From: Austwickia sp.
Lineage (GTDB): Bacteria; Actinomycetota; Actinomycetes; Actinomycetales; Dermatophilaceae
Direction of reading: 5' to 3'
NCBI GenBank assembly: GCA_016711265.1
Contig: JADJTI010000004.1
Location: forward strand, 102,165 to 166,164
DNA: 64,000 nt
Made by a program: the position numbers and the translations under genes. The stretch's first letter is position 1, and each line of letters starts with the position of its first letter. The notes beneath the pieces were generated by a model. It saw nothing but the letters and a program-made list of their open reading frames with translations, did not search any database and was not told where the DNA came from. Below, piece by piece: positions 19,731 to 29,062 of the stretch.

Positions 19731-20518
19731 CCGGGGAAGTTCGGCCTTTCTTTGGCCAAGAAGGCGCGCACACCCTCGCGGAATCCGTCCGAGGCGTAGA
19801 CCTTTTCGAGGAGTCGGTCGTCGTGCTCGGGGTCGCCCCCGGGGGCGGTGATCTCGCGTAGTTGCGCCTTGGTGGCCTGCAGCGTCAGGGGAGCCGCCTG
19901 TAGGAGCCCTTCGACCACCGCGGCCACCTCGCGGTCCAGGTCATGGGCGGTGGCGGCGACGTGCATCACCGCACCCACGCCGTACGCCCGGTGCGCGTCC
20001 ACCATCCGGCTGGCCAGCAGCATCTCCCGGGACAGCGACTCGCCGAACACGTGTACGCACCGTTCCAGCAGGGGACGTGACAAGGCGTTACCCAGAGTGC
20101 GGGCGATGGGGTAGCCGAAGCGGGAATGCGCGGTACACAGTCGCAGGTCACAGTACGTCGCCACGGCCAGTCCGCCGCCGACGCAGAGTCCGTCGATGAC
20201 CGCCAGGGTGACCTGCGGCAGGTCGGCCAGGTGGGCGAGCATGTTACGCACCCGGGTCTCGTACACCACCGCCTCGCGGCCGGTGGTCATCCCGGCGAAT
20301 TCGCTGATGTCGTTGCCGGCCGCGAAAGCGACCGAACCCGCTCCCCGCATCAGCACCACCCGGGCGCTGCTGTCGCCTCCGACGTCCTCCAGCACCGCCT
20401 GCAGCGCGTCGTACATCGGGGTGGTGAAGGCGTTGTGGCGATGCGGCCGGTTGAAGGTGATCTCGATGACCGCGTCGTGCCTGCTGACCAGCAGTTCGTC
20501 GGTTCGCGTGCGGTTCAT
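19727..20518 (-). CDS. Enoyl-CoA hydratase/isomerase (crotonase) family protein
   Basis: The internal ATG at 20518 gives MNRTRTDELLVSRHDAVIEITFNRPHRHNAF..., followed by ...RGAGSVAFAAGNDISEF... and ...VIDGLCVGGGLAVA.... It overlaps the malic-enzyme start by 4 nt (ATGA). Confidence 0.8.
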   Translation of the reverse strand: MNRTRTDELLVSRHDAVIEITFNRPHRHNAFTTPMYDALQAVLEDVGGDSSARVVLMRGAGSVAFAAGNDISEFAGMTTGREAVVYETRVRNMLAHLADLPQVTLAVIDGLCVGGGLAVATYCDLRLCTAHSRFGYPIARTLGNALSRPLLERCVHVFGESLSREMLLASRMVDAHRAYGVGAVMHVAATAHDLDREVAAVVEGLLQAAPLTLQATKAQLREITAPGGDPEHDDRLLEKVYASDGFREGVRAFLAKERPNFPG

Positions 20519-20547
20519 CGCTGCCTCCTGATGACGAATTCGGCGGG

Positions 20548-21426
20548 TCAGTCGCGCGCCGAATGCTGTACGGCGGCCAGGGCCGCGGCGAGCCGTTGCG
20601 GCGCCTCGACCATGGCGGGGCCGTACCACGTCAGGCTACGGCCGTCGATGAGGGCGTAGGGCCGGTGGGCGAAGGCTTCCGGACCATCCGCGGCGTGAAA
20701 GCGATACGGCTCATCGGGGAAGACCACCACGTCGACTGCCGCCAGGTGGGGGTCCGCGGGGTCGAACCGGGGGTACCGCTGCGGGCTATCAGCCAAAATG
20801 TTGTCAATCCCCAAGCGTCTGAGCACGTCCCCGGCGTAGGTGTCGCTACCGAGCGCCATCCAGGGCCGACGCCAGATGGGCACCAACGCTCGCGCCGAAC
20901 GTCCGGGCTGCACCGGCGGGTACCGCGGCGGGTCAGCCCACGCCGCGCCCGCCGCGTCCAGCCAGCCGGTGTCCACCGCGCCGTCGGCGTCGGCGTCCGC
21001 GAACAGCCGCAGCAACCGGGCGATGCTGCTCAACGCCTGGTCGACGGTCCGGATGTCGGTCACATAGACCGGTACGCCGCGCCGGCGCAACTCCTCGATG
21101 TCGGGCCCGCGGTTCTCCTCTTCGTTGGCGATCACCAGGTCGGCGGCGAGGTCGGCGATGGCGTCGAGGTTTGGGTTCTTGGTGCCCCCAAGGCGGACCA
21201 CCCCCTGGGCGTCGAGGTCGCCGGGGTGGGTGCACCAGTCGGTGGCCCCGATCAGCACCCCGGGGACCGACATGGCGACTGCCTCGGTCAACGACGGGAC
21301 CAGGCTGATCACCCGCTGCGGGCTCTCAGGCAGTGGCACCGGGGTGCCCAGGTCGTCGATGGCCTCGCTCACGGGTACCAGTCTGCCTCGGTGGAACGCC
21401 ACTGAGATGCCGGGCACACCGGGCAC
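20548..21426 (-). CDS. BtuF-like (class III, helical-backbone) substrate-binding protein, cobalamin/iron-complex type
   Basis: 292 aa. ...PQRVISLVPSLTEAVAM...GATDWCTHP...GGTKNPNLDAIADLAADLVIANEEEN... resembles the BtuF/FecB-type fold. I see no obvious signal peptide and no adjacent permease or ATPase. Confidence 0.6.
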   Translation of the reverse strand: MPGVPGISVAFHRGRLVPVSEAIDDLGTPVPLPESPQRVISLVPSLTEAVAMSVPGVLIGATDWCTHPGDLDAQGVVRLGGTKNPNLDAIADLAADLVIANEEENRGPDIEELRRRGVPVYVTDIRTVDQALSSIARLLRLFADADADGAVDTGWLDAAGAAWADPPRYPPVQPGRSARALVPIWRRPWMALGSDTYAGDVLRRLGIDNILADSPQRYPRFDPADPHLAAVDVVVFPDEPYRFHAADGPEAFAHRPYALIDGRSLTWYGPAMVEAPQRLAAALAAVQHSARD

Positions 21427-21502
21427 ACTGGGTTCCTCCGGTATCCCGGTGGTGGCGTCCGGCCAGCGAGGAAGCGGCCGTCAACCCACCCGGCGGCCAG
21501 GA

Positions 21503-21802
21503 TCATCGACGAATAAAGAGGAATCCAAGACTCTCCAAGCCGTCAATCAGTCCTAAACTAATGTCCTCCAGAAAGGCGTTTGCGTAGACGCAAATTACCG
21601 GTTCCCCATGAGCTAAGCCACCACTCACCCGATGCTCTACGGAGCAGATCCTAAGAGTAAAAGGGAGATCCGGAAGAGCTTCGCTCATGTCGCCGCTCCA
21701 CCCCAGTGTGACGAGTTCTTCGCCGACCCGAGGAATCGAAAGCACCGGGAATTCGGACAGGGTCGCATATGCGACGCATCCCTGCGAATCGTCGACCTCC
21801 AT
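21503..21802 (-). CDS. Hypothetical protein (orphan 99-codon ORF, low G+C)
   Basis: MEVDDSQGCVAYATLSEFPVLSIPRVGEELVTLGWSGDMSEALPDLPFTLRICSVEHRVSGGLAHGEPVICVYANAFLEDISLGLIDGLESLGFLFIRR. The composition looks protein-like, but I recognise no family. The frame stays open upstream into the poly-C(Pro) translation of the G tract, so the true 5' end is unknown. Confidence 0.25.
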   Translation of the reverse strand: MEVDDSQGCVAYATLSEFPVLSIPRVGEELVTLGWSGDMSEALPDLPFTLRICSVEHRVSGGLAHGEPVICVYANAFLEDISLGLIDGLESLGFLFIRR

Positions 21803-21832
21803 CTCGGCGGCGGTCTCTGGATCATTAAAGAA

Positions 21833-22442
<610 letters not shown>

Positions 22443-23136
22443 GAATAACCCTCAGGATGCGAAGCATCACGGTCACCCTGGGCACTACGTCGTTCACGCG
22501 TCTATCCTTTTCGGAGTTCAGCCCGCCGAAGCTTCTTCAAGGGACGACTTCACCTGACACCGATCCACCTCGGTTCCACTGCCGCCGACCAAAGACCTCT
22601 CGATCTAATTGCCGTCCCTTGTCTTCACAAGCACCCAACGTGCGGTGGAGGTCGTGCGGGAACCATTGTGGCCCAGGGGGAAGCTACTGTCTCAGGCCTA
22701 GGTGGGCGGATTGGGATCCGCAGGTGTCGCGATGTTTGCTACCGCGATACGCGATATTCAATCGTACCGGCTGTCGCAGAAGCTGGCACCGCCAACATGG
22801 CCAGAGACGTCACTGAGACAGCCACAGTGGCCAGAACCGTTCGCCGCCCTAAACATCTCTTCGAGACCCCCAATCTGAGACTATGCCCGCTGTTCTCCCC
22901 CAGACTGACTCCGGAAGGCCACCGCTGCCGGTAGGCGTCCGTGCAACTGGCACCAACGCCAGGCCGAGTCGGCCCGATTGGACGAGAATCTACTCGCGTA
23001 GGGGACTGCGTCGAGCAGTCGCGCGTGACCGGGTACGCCGAGGGCCGGGGAGGGTTGGCGGTAGTGGCTGGCAGGATCGCAGGCGTCTACGGGCACACAG
23101 GTGAAGAACATCCGCAGAACACTCAGAGGAGAGGCC

Positions 23137-23544
23137 ATGGCCCAGCAGCTCAACCCCTACATCACCTTCGACGGCAACTGCGCGGAGGCGATGGCCTTCT
23201 ACGCCGCCGTGCTCGGCGGCACCGTCCAGACGATGACCTTCCGGGATGCCGGGATGGATGAGGACGGCGTCATGCATGCCGCTCTGGCGACCCCCACCGG
23301 CTTCCACCTCTACGCCAGCGACACCGCTGGGGAGATGAGCGCGCCGTACACGGTCGGCAACAACGTGCAGGTCAGCCTGTCAGGCGACGAGGCCGAAGCG
23401 TTGCGGGGGTACTGGGAGGCGCTCAGTGACGGCGCCGACATCATCATGCCCATGGAACGCCAAATGTGGGGTGATGAGTATGGGCTCCTCAGCGACAGGT
23501 TCGGCATTCTGTGGCACGTCAACATCGCCGGGGCCTCCGGCTAA
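23137..23544 (+). CDS. VOC/glyoxalase-fold protein (PhnB/YjdN-like)
   Basis: The ATG at 23137 follows GAGGAGAGG. MAQQLNPYITFDGNCAEAMAFYAAVLGGTV...ERQMWGDEYGLLSDRFGILWHVNI is typical of the 3-demethylubiquinone methyltransferase-like VOC family. Confidence 0.75.
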   Translation: MAQQLNPYITFDGNCAEAMAFYAAVLGGTVQTMTFRDAGMDEDGVMHAALATPTGFHLYASDTAGEMSAPYTVGNNVQVSLSGDEAEALRGYWEALSDGADIIMPMERQMWGDEYGLLSDRFGILWHVNIAGASG

Positions 23545-23575
23545 CTGTACTGACCGGGGACCACAAACCGCTGGC

Positions 23576-24559
23576 CTACAGCCGCTGACAAGGAACCGCC
23601 CGGCCCACCCCGGACCCGCGAGGTGTGAGCCGATCGCGGGGTGGGCCGGCGCCAGGATGCGGTCGCGGACGCCGACGTAGCCGGGGACGACGCCGAACCT
23701 CTCGTCGCCCGCTTCCCACAGGCGGCGCAGCTCGGCAATCTCGTCGTGGGAGCGACCCACGAAGTTCCACCACATCACGATCTGCTCCTCGAGGGGCACG
23801 CCCCCGAGGACGAGCAGCCGCGTCGGCTCGCCGCCGCTGTGCACATCGAGGGTGTGTCGCCCGGCGGCGAGGTAGCGCAGTTCACGCGCTCGTAGCGGCC
23901 GATCCCCGACAGTGAGTTCGCCGTCGTCGATGAGCAGTCCATGCTCGAAGGTGGGGTCGACCTCCAGGACTACGTGCGTTTGCGCTGGCAGGTCCAGTTG
24001 GGCACCCACGAGGGGAGCGTAGGTGTGCAGCGGAGAGCGAACGATGCCGGGCAGCGCCCCGAGGAAGACCATCACGGTCCCGCCCCCGTGGAGGTCGTGC
24101 CGCGGCGGGGCATGGTGGGCGAAGCCGCGCGGAGCGTCGGCGTCCGCCTCCGGCAGCGCGATCCATAGCTGAACGCCGTGCAGCACATCGACCGCGTCGG
24201 TGGAGACCCTCTGAGTGCGCGATCCCGTGGCCGGCCGTCATGAGGTTGGCCTCACCGAGCCGGACCATACCCACCACACCGCCGCTATCGCGGTGCTGGA
24301 TCTCGCCCTCGAACAGCCACGACAGGGTCTGCTGCCCGGCGTGCGGATGAGGCGGCACGTCTATGCCGTGATGTCTGCCGGGACGGATCGGCGTCGGGCT
24401 GTAGTGATCGACAAGGCACCAGGCGCCCACCAAGGACCGATGCCGCTGCGGCAAGGTCCGCCGTACCGCCAATGCACGAAGGCCACCGAGCGGCACGTCT
24501 CGGGGGGCGATGACTTCCATCCGAATCATCGCGCCATCCTCGTGCGGGAACTGCGCCAC
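23576..24559 (-). pseudogene. Pirin family gene interrupted by two single-base homopolymer frameshifts
   Basis: The N-terminal cupin part (...VPPHPHAGQQTLSWLFEGEIQHRDSGG...MTAGHGIAHSE) lies in the frame of ORF 23882..24559. Its continuation VSTDAVDVLHGVQLWIALP...WNFVGRSHDEIAE...ILAPAHP lies in the frame of ORF 23380..24186. The family-typical end RDRLTPRG... lies in the frame of ORF 23576..23773. The switch points fall at the C3 run 24207-24209 and the G4 run 23638-23641. Confidence 0.75.
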
Positions 24560-24683
24560 CGCACCTGAAACAGCTCAGCGGACCACCGATTAGAGGTCTG
24601 CTGTGGCCGATGCCGTGGGGTGTGGGGCTCTCGACGGACAGTGACCCTATTGAGAAGATGTTCTCAGTCAGGAAGGGTTGTGG

Positions 24684-24968
24684 ATGTCGAAATATCGTAG
24701 GTTCACGCCTGAATACCGCCAGGAGGCGGTACGGATGGTGATCGAATCGACCCGGCCGATCGCGAGGGTGGCCAGGGATCTGGGTATCAATGAAGGAACT
24801 CTGGGGAACTGGGTGGCCACCTACCGTAGGGAACATCCGGTCAGCGAAGAACTCGGTGTTGAAGACCGGACACGACTGCGTGCTTTGGAACGAGAAAACA
24901 GGGAACTGAAACTCCAGAATGAGTTCCTAAAAAAAGCAGCGGCCTACTTCGCGCGGGAGCAGCAGTGA
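24684..24968 (+). CDS. IS3-family transposase OrfA (HTH)
   Basis: MSKYRRFTPEYRQEAVRMVIESTRPIARVARDLGINEGTLGNWV... is followed by a leucine-zipper-like C-terminus, LERENRELKLQNEFLKKAAAYF. Confidence 0.85.
   Translation: MSKYRRFTPEYRQEAVRMVIESTRPIARVARDLGINEGTLGNWVATYRREHPVSEELGVEDRTRLRALERENRELKLQNEFLKKAAAYFAREQQ
24929..24935 (+). other. Programmed -1 ribosomal frameshift site (A7 run, A AAA AAA G) joining OrfA to OrfB
   Basis: The orfA zero frame reads cta aaa aaa gca. The -1 frame from this run is open (aaa aaa agc agc ggc cta ...) and continues into orfB with no stop. Confidence 0.7.
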
Positions 24969-25900
24969 GCGACAAGTACCAGCTCATTGCCGCGGAGTTG
25001 GCCGATCAGGACTCCCAGCCGGTCGCCGACCCCGACCAGTGGCCAGTGAGCGTGCAATCGATGTGCCAGGTACTGGGGGTATCCCGCTCAGGGTTCTACC
25101 AGTGGCGCTGCGCGCCACCCTCGACCCGTGGGCAGCGGCGCGCGGTGATCATGGTGCACGTGCAGGCGGCGTTCGAGGCCGGCCGAGGGACGTACGGGGC
25201 ACGCCGGGTCCACGCCGTCCTGACCCGTTCGGCCGATCACCGGGTTGCATCGACGGGCCTTGACCTGGTCCGGGACATTATGGCCGAGCTGGGCCTGGTG
25301 GCCTGCCAGCCTCGTTCCTACCGCAGGACCACGATGCCCGGCGCAGACGTTGTCGGGGTGGCTGACCACGTGCAGGGCGACTTCACTGCCGACGCCCCTG
25401 GGCGGCGGCTGGTCGGGGACATCACGTACGTGCGGACCTGGGCCGGGTGGGTGTACCTGGCCACGGTGATCGACTGTTGCACCAAGGCGGTGATCGGCTG
25501 GTCGATGGCCGATCACATGCGGACCGATTTGATCTGTGATGCGATCACCATGGCCGCTGCCCGGACCGAGATGGCCGAGGATGTTGTGTTTCATTCGGAC
25601 CGGGGTAGCCAGTACACGAGCGCCCAGTTCGCAACTCATTTGCGGCGTTACAAGATCACCGGGTCCATGGGCAGGACCGGGACATGTTGGGATAACGCGT
25701 TAGCAGAATCATTCTTCGCGGCGTTAAAGAATGAGCTCGTGTACCGGATGGTGTTCCCGACTCGGGCGGCGGCCCGTTCGGCTATTGCGGAATACATCGA
25801 GGTCTTCTATAATCGTCAGCGACTCCACTCCGGATTGGGCTACCGAACCCCCGTCGAAGTCGCCCACCAGTACCGCAACAATCCGTCAATCGCCGCATAA
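24965..25900 (+). CDS. IS3-family transposase OrfB (DDE/rve integrase core), normally made as an OrfAB fusion
   Basis: ...LVGDITYVRTWAGWVYLATVIDCCTKAVIGWSMA...FHSDRGSQYTS...CWDNALAESFFAALKNELVY... shows the D, D and E regions of the rve domain. Confidence 0.88.
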   Translation: MSDKYQLIAAELADQDSQPVADPDQWPVSVQSMCQVLGVSRSGFYQWRCAPPSTRGQRRAVIMVHVQAAFEAGRGTYGARRVHAVLTRSADHRVASTGLDLVRDIMAELGLVACQPRSYRRTTMPGADVVGVADHVQGDFTADAPGRRLVGDITYVRTWAGWVYLATVIDCCTKAVIGWSMADHMRTDLICDAITMAAARTEMAEDVVFHSDRGSQYTSAQFATHLRRYKITGSMGRTGTCWDNALAESFFAALKNELVYRMVFPTRAAARSAIAEYIEVFYNRQRLHSGLGYRTPVEVAHQYRNNPSIAA

Positions 25901-25956
25901 ACCAGTCGAAATCACTGTCCACTCAAAGCCCACCAGATCAGCCGCGAGTTCACGCG

Positions 25957-26002
25957 TGGTGGCCGGTGAAGGTTTCGAGCCTTCGAAGCTTTCGCGACGG
26001 AT
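25957..26002 (-). repeat. Partial copy of the tRNA-Tyr 3' portion (att-like direct repeat)
   Basis: The 46 nt at 25957-26002 match 27176-27221 (CCA end through T-arm and variable arm to the 3' side of the anticodon stem) at 43/46 positions, in the same orientation. Both are translated as [13 protein letters not shown] in the ORF track. Confidence 0.85.
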
Positions 26003-26194
26003 GCCACTGATCCGACACGCAGCGCCCGGAGAGTGGTCGAACGGCCGGCCAAACGGAGCCGTGCCACGATAGTGATCAACCGCGGGTACGGAGCACCTCT
26101 CCATAACCGAGATCGACCGTCCGCTTGAGGGGCCGTCTGGCGCCACTCGATCTGGCACTCGAGTCGGCGGCTCGCCGGCCCAGACGACGTCGGG

Positions 26195-27049
26195 TTAAAG
26201 GTCGTGGAAGAAGTCGGGTTGGACCTCGACATCTTCGACGATGCGCGTCTTGATGATGACGCCAAGTTCGTACTGCTTCAGGAGTTCGCAGAGGCGAGCG
26301 CCATCGATCAGATCCAGCGGAGGAGCGCCGTCGCGGGTTGCCTCGGACTTAGCGTCAGCGGTGAAGCTGCCCGTCGTAATGAGTAGCCCCTTGTCGCCTC
26401 GCCCAGTCATGGCGCCGCGGAAGTCACGAACAGCAGCGGCACCGACGCTGCCGGCGTAGCGCTTGCACTGGAAGAAGACGGGGAAGGAAACGAGTGACAT
26501 GCGGTAGACGCCGAGGCCGTCGATGCCGCCGTCCCCCGATCGCCCTGTCACCGTCGTTGAGACAAAGCCAGCCTCTCGCAACAGTCGCTGGGCGAGTCGC
26601 TCGAAGCTGCCTGGGGACATGTTCATGAGGGCGTCGAGGAGTGTCTCTTGCCATGTCAGCTCGCCGAGCTCCTCGGCATCGTCGGGCTGGTTGGCTGGCT
26701 CGTCGGACCTGCGTCGTTGTCGCGTCCTTTGTATGTACTCCTGGCGCAGGGGCTCCAGCTCAGGTTCAACCGCGACTCGCCCCGCGTCGGTGAGGCTCCA
26801 GATCCCCCGCTGACTATTGTCCGCGAGCCCCATCCCCTTCAGGTATGTCCTGGCCCAAGCGAGCCGATACTCGATCTCGCTGCTGGGGCCGTCCTTGTGC
26901 AATCGCTCCTGCTGCTGCTCCGTGAAGTTCTCGCGTCGCATCACCTCGCCGACGATTTCCTCGATCGAGCCGGAGCCGTCGAGGTCACGCATGGCGACCA
27001 GAGTGGGCCAAAGAAGCTGGTGGTACTGGGGGATGTCGACGTCGGCCAC
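26195..27049 (-). CDS. mrr: Mrr-like type IV restriction endonuclease
   Basis: 284 aa with a GTG start. It has an N-terminal Mrr_N-like winged-helix region (YHQLLWPTLVAMRDLDGSGSIEEIV...IEYRLAWARTYLKGMGL) and a C-terminal Mrr_cat PD-(D/E)xK-like core (GDGGIDGLGVY...VFFQCKRY). Confidence 0.8.
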   Translation of the reverse strand: MADVDIPQYHQLLWPTLVAMRDLDGSGSIEEIVGEVMRRENFTEQQQERLHKDGPSSEIEYRLAWARTYLKGMGLADNSQRGIWSLTDAGRVAVEPELEPLRQEYIQRTRQRRRSDEPANQPDDAEELGELTWQETLLDALMNMSPGSFERLAQRLLREAGFVSTTVTGRSGDGGIDGLGVYRMSLVSFPVFFQCKRYAGSVGAAAVRDFRGAMTGRGDKGLLITTGSFTADAKSEATRDGAPPLDLIDGARLCELLKQYELGVIIKTRIVEDVEVQPDFFHDL

Positions 27050-27120
27050 GTCGCCAAGTCTGCCTCAATCAGGTTGTCGACACGCCTCGGTCCGGGTGCG
27101 GTGGGGGTGCTAGCCGGACA

Positions 27121-27173
27121 CCGCCGAACGGCCCCTGACTCAGCAATCGTGCTGTTCAGGGGCCGTTCGGCGG
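27121..27173 (-). terminator. Hairpin immediately downstream of tRNA-Tyr
   Basis: ccgccgaacggcccctga (27121-27138) pairs perfectly with tcaggggccgttcggcgg (27156-27173) around a 17-nt loop. The hairpin starts 2 nt after the tRNA 3' end. Confidence 0.5.
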
Positions 27174-27175
27174 GC

Positions 27176-27259
27176 TGGTGGCAGGTGAAGGATTCGAACC
27201 TTCGAAGCTTTCGCGACGGATTTACAGTCCGCTCCCATTGGCCGCTCGGGCAACCTGCC
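27176..27259 (-). tRNA. tyrT: tRNA-Tyr (anticodon GTA), class II with long variable arm, CCA encoded
   Basis: 84 nt. The acceptor stem is GGCAGGT/ACCTGCC, the anticodon loop is CTGTAAA, the T-arm is GAAGG-TTCGAAT-CCTTC, and the 3' end is ACCA. Confidence 0.9.
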
Positions 27260-27429
27260 GTGGCGGGTCACAGCCTAGCAAGCTCGCCGCCGGCATCTCC
27301 AATCGGTACGCCGGCCGTCCGCTCCCCAGTCCTGCGGGCGGGCTCGGGAGCAGCACGGGCCGCAGGGATGGCGCACAATGGCTAACCGAACCGCAACTCC
27401 CCGTTCCCCGACGAAAGCGACAGGACACC

Positions 27430-27924
27430 GTGGCCGACGCATCGTTCGACGTGGTCAGCAAGGTCGACAAGCAGGAGGTCGCCAACGCCCTCACCCAGGC
27501 GCAGAAGGAGATCTCCCAGCGCTACGACTTCAAGGGAGTGGGCGCCTCCCTCGAGTTCAGCGGCGAGAAGGTGCTCATGAAGGCCAACAGCGCCGAGCGC
27601 TGCCTGGCGGTCCTGGACGTCTTCCAGACGAAGCTGGTCAAGCGCGGGGTGTCGCTGAAGTCGCTGGACACCGGAGACGGTACGCCGAAGCTGTCCGGCA
27701 AGGAATACCGGCTGGAAGGGTCCCTCAAGGAGGGGCTGTCCCAGGAGAACGCCAAGAAGATCGCCAAGCTGATCCGCGACGAGTTCCCCAAGACCGTCAA
27801 AGCCCAGATCCAGGCAGATGAGCTGCGGGTCTCCAGCAAGAACAAGGACGACCTCCAGGCGGTGATCGCGATGCTCAAGGGCGCCGACCTGGACGTTGCG
27901 CTCCAGTTCACCAACTACCGGTAG
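27430..27924 (+). CDS. yajQ: YajQ-family (UPF0234) nucleotide-binding protein
   Basis: The GTG at 27430 gives [54 protein letters not shown]...[19 protein letters not shown]...LQFTNYR. This is YajQ-like along its whole length. Confidence 0.85.
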   Translation: MADASFDVVSKVDKQEVANALTQAQKEISQRYDFKGVGASLEFSGEKVLMKANSAERCLAVLDVFQTKLVKRGVSLKSLDTGDGTPKLSGKEYRLEGSLKEGLSQENAKKIAKLIRDEFPKTVKAQIQADELRVSSKNKDDLQAVIAMLKGADLDVALQFTNYR

Positions 27925-29062
27925 CGGCCGGGCGCCAGCGGGCCAGCAGCCACCACCCCACCAAGCCGGCCACCAGGGCGACCGCGAGATTGCTGAGCGC
28001 GCCGACCAGGCCGACCGCGACGGCGAAGGACCATTCGCGTGTCCCGGACAGGTCCCGCAGCAGCTGGATGTGCAGCAGGCCGGCTACCGCCAGCAGGGCC
28101 GCCAGGATCCACACCGGGAACCCGGCCAACGCCGTCGCGGTCGCGCTGCCCAGCGCGAGGGCCAGCACCACCAGGACCGAGCCGATCAGCACCGGCGCCC
28201 CGCCGGAGCGGGCGCCGAAGGAGCGGTGTGCTGTGAGCCCGCCCGCGCCGTGGCACAGCGGCATGCCGCCGATGACCCCAACCACCACGTTGGCCAGCCC
28301 GAGCGAGACCGCCAGCCGGCCGGCGCTCACCCGGTCAGCGGCCTCCCCGAAGTACCGGCGGGCCGCGTCCGCGGTCGCCACACACGAGTTGGCGAACGTC
28401 AGCGGCAGCTGCGGCAGCACGAGCGCGGTCGCCGCCACGGCGAAGTCCGCCGCCGATGGCGTCTGAAGGGTGATCGTCGAGGGGCCGAACGCCAGCGGCC
28501 CGTGGTGCCGCAACACCACCGCGACGAGGGCGACGCCCAGCAGCACCAGCGCGATCCCCCGGCTGCGCCACCGGTACGCCGCCCACCCGGCCACCAGCGC
28601 CCCCGCCACCAAGGCGGGCACGGGTAGCGCCGCATCGGCGAAAGTCCGCGGCACCGCGGTCACCAACGACCAGGCCAGCTTGAAGAACAACAGGCCGACG
28701 GACAACTGCACGCCGCGCACCAGCGCCCGGGGGAACACCCGGGCCGCCCCATCCAGCAGCCCGCTGGCCCCCAGCGGCACGAACACCGCCGCCATCAGCA
28801 GTGCCCCGGCGGCGATCACCTCCACCCCCAACCCCTGCGCGATCGCGATCGCCCCGAACGCCTTCAACGGCTGCACCGGGATCGGCAGGCGGAACCACAA
28901 ACCGGCGACGACGTACGCCGCCCCGGCCGGCAGCAGCACAGCCGTCGCGGACAACCCATTGACCAGGATCAACGCCACCACGATCGGGACCAGCACCCCC
29001 AGATCGGCGACCGCCCCGGACAGCTCGGCTCGGTCGATGAGGAGTTTGCGGGACCGCCTCAC
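27908..29062 (-). CDS. Putative molybdate/sulfate transporter (MOT1/SulP-related membrane protein)
   Basis: 384-aa polytopic protein (...[18 protein letters not shown]...[16 protein letters not shown]...) that I recognise only at family level. It overlaps the upstream Mop-domain regulator gene by 4 nt. Confidence 0.55.
   Translation of the reverse strand: MRRSRKLLIDRAELSGAVADLGVLVPIVVALILVNGLSATAVLLPAGAAYVVAGLWFRLPIPVQPLKAFGAIAIAQGLGVEVIAAGALLMAAVFVPLGASGLLDGAARVFPRALVRGVQLSVGLLFFKLAWSLVTAVPRTFADAALPVPALVAGALVAGWAAYRWRSRGIALVLLGVALVAVVLRHHGPLAFGPSTITLQTPSAADFAVAATALVLPQLPLTFANSCVATADAARRYFGEAADRVSAGRLAVSLGLANVVVGVIGGMPLCHGAGGLTAHRSFGARSGGAPVLIGSVLVVLALALGSATATALAGFPVWILAALLAVAGLLHIQLLRDLSGTREWSFAVAVGLVGALSNLAVALVAGLVGWWLLARWRPAATGSW

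Larger units (their letters stand above)
24621..25935 (+). mobile_element. IS3-family insertion sequence (about 1.3 kb)
   Basis: It has the two-ORF transposase layout with an A7 slippery site. The imperfect terminal inverted repeats begin TG...: TGTGGGGCTCTCGACGGACAGTGA at 24621, against the reverse complement of the right end, TGGTGGGCTTTGAGTGGACAGTGA, ending at 25935. The boundaries are approximate and I found no clear target duplication. Confidence 0.8.

Noticed and set aside
21427-21502. Possible cobalamin riboswitch upstream of the BtuF-like gene.
   Set aside because: Only about 75 nt are available before the next feature, far less than a B12 riboswitch needs. I saw no B12-box-like sequence.
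22758-22856. 32-codon minus-strand ORF (MFRAANGSGHCGCLSDVSGHVGGASFCDSRYD) in the low-G+C flank, considered as a possible Cys-containing peptide precursor.
   Set aside because: It is very short and has no RBS-like sequence. No modification or transport genes are nearby. It is exactly antisense to an equally unsupported + strand ORF. There is no evidence beyond an open frame.
24611-25945. Target-site duplication flanking the IS3 element.
   Set aside because: The bases flanking my best inverted-repeat alignment (GGG on the left, GAT on the right) do not match. Shifting the ends did not produce a convincing 3-4 bp repeat.
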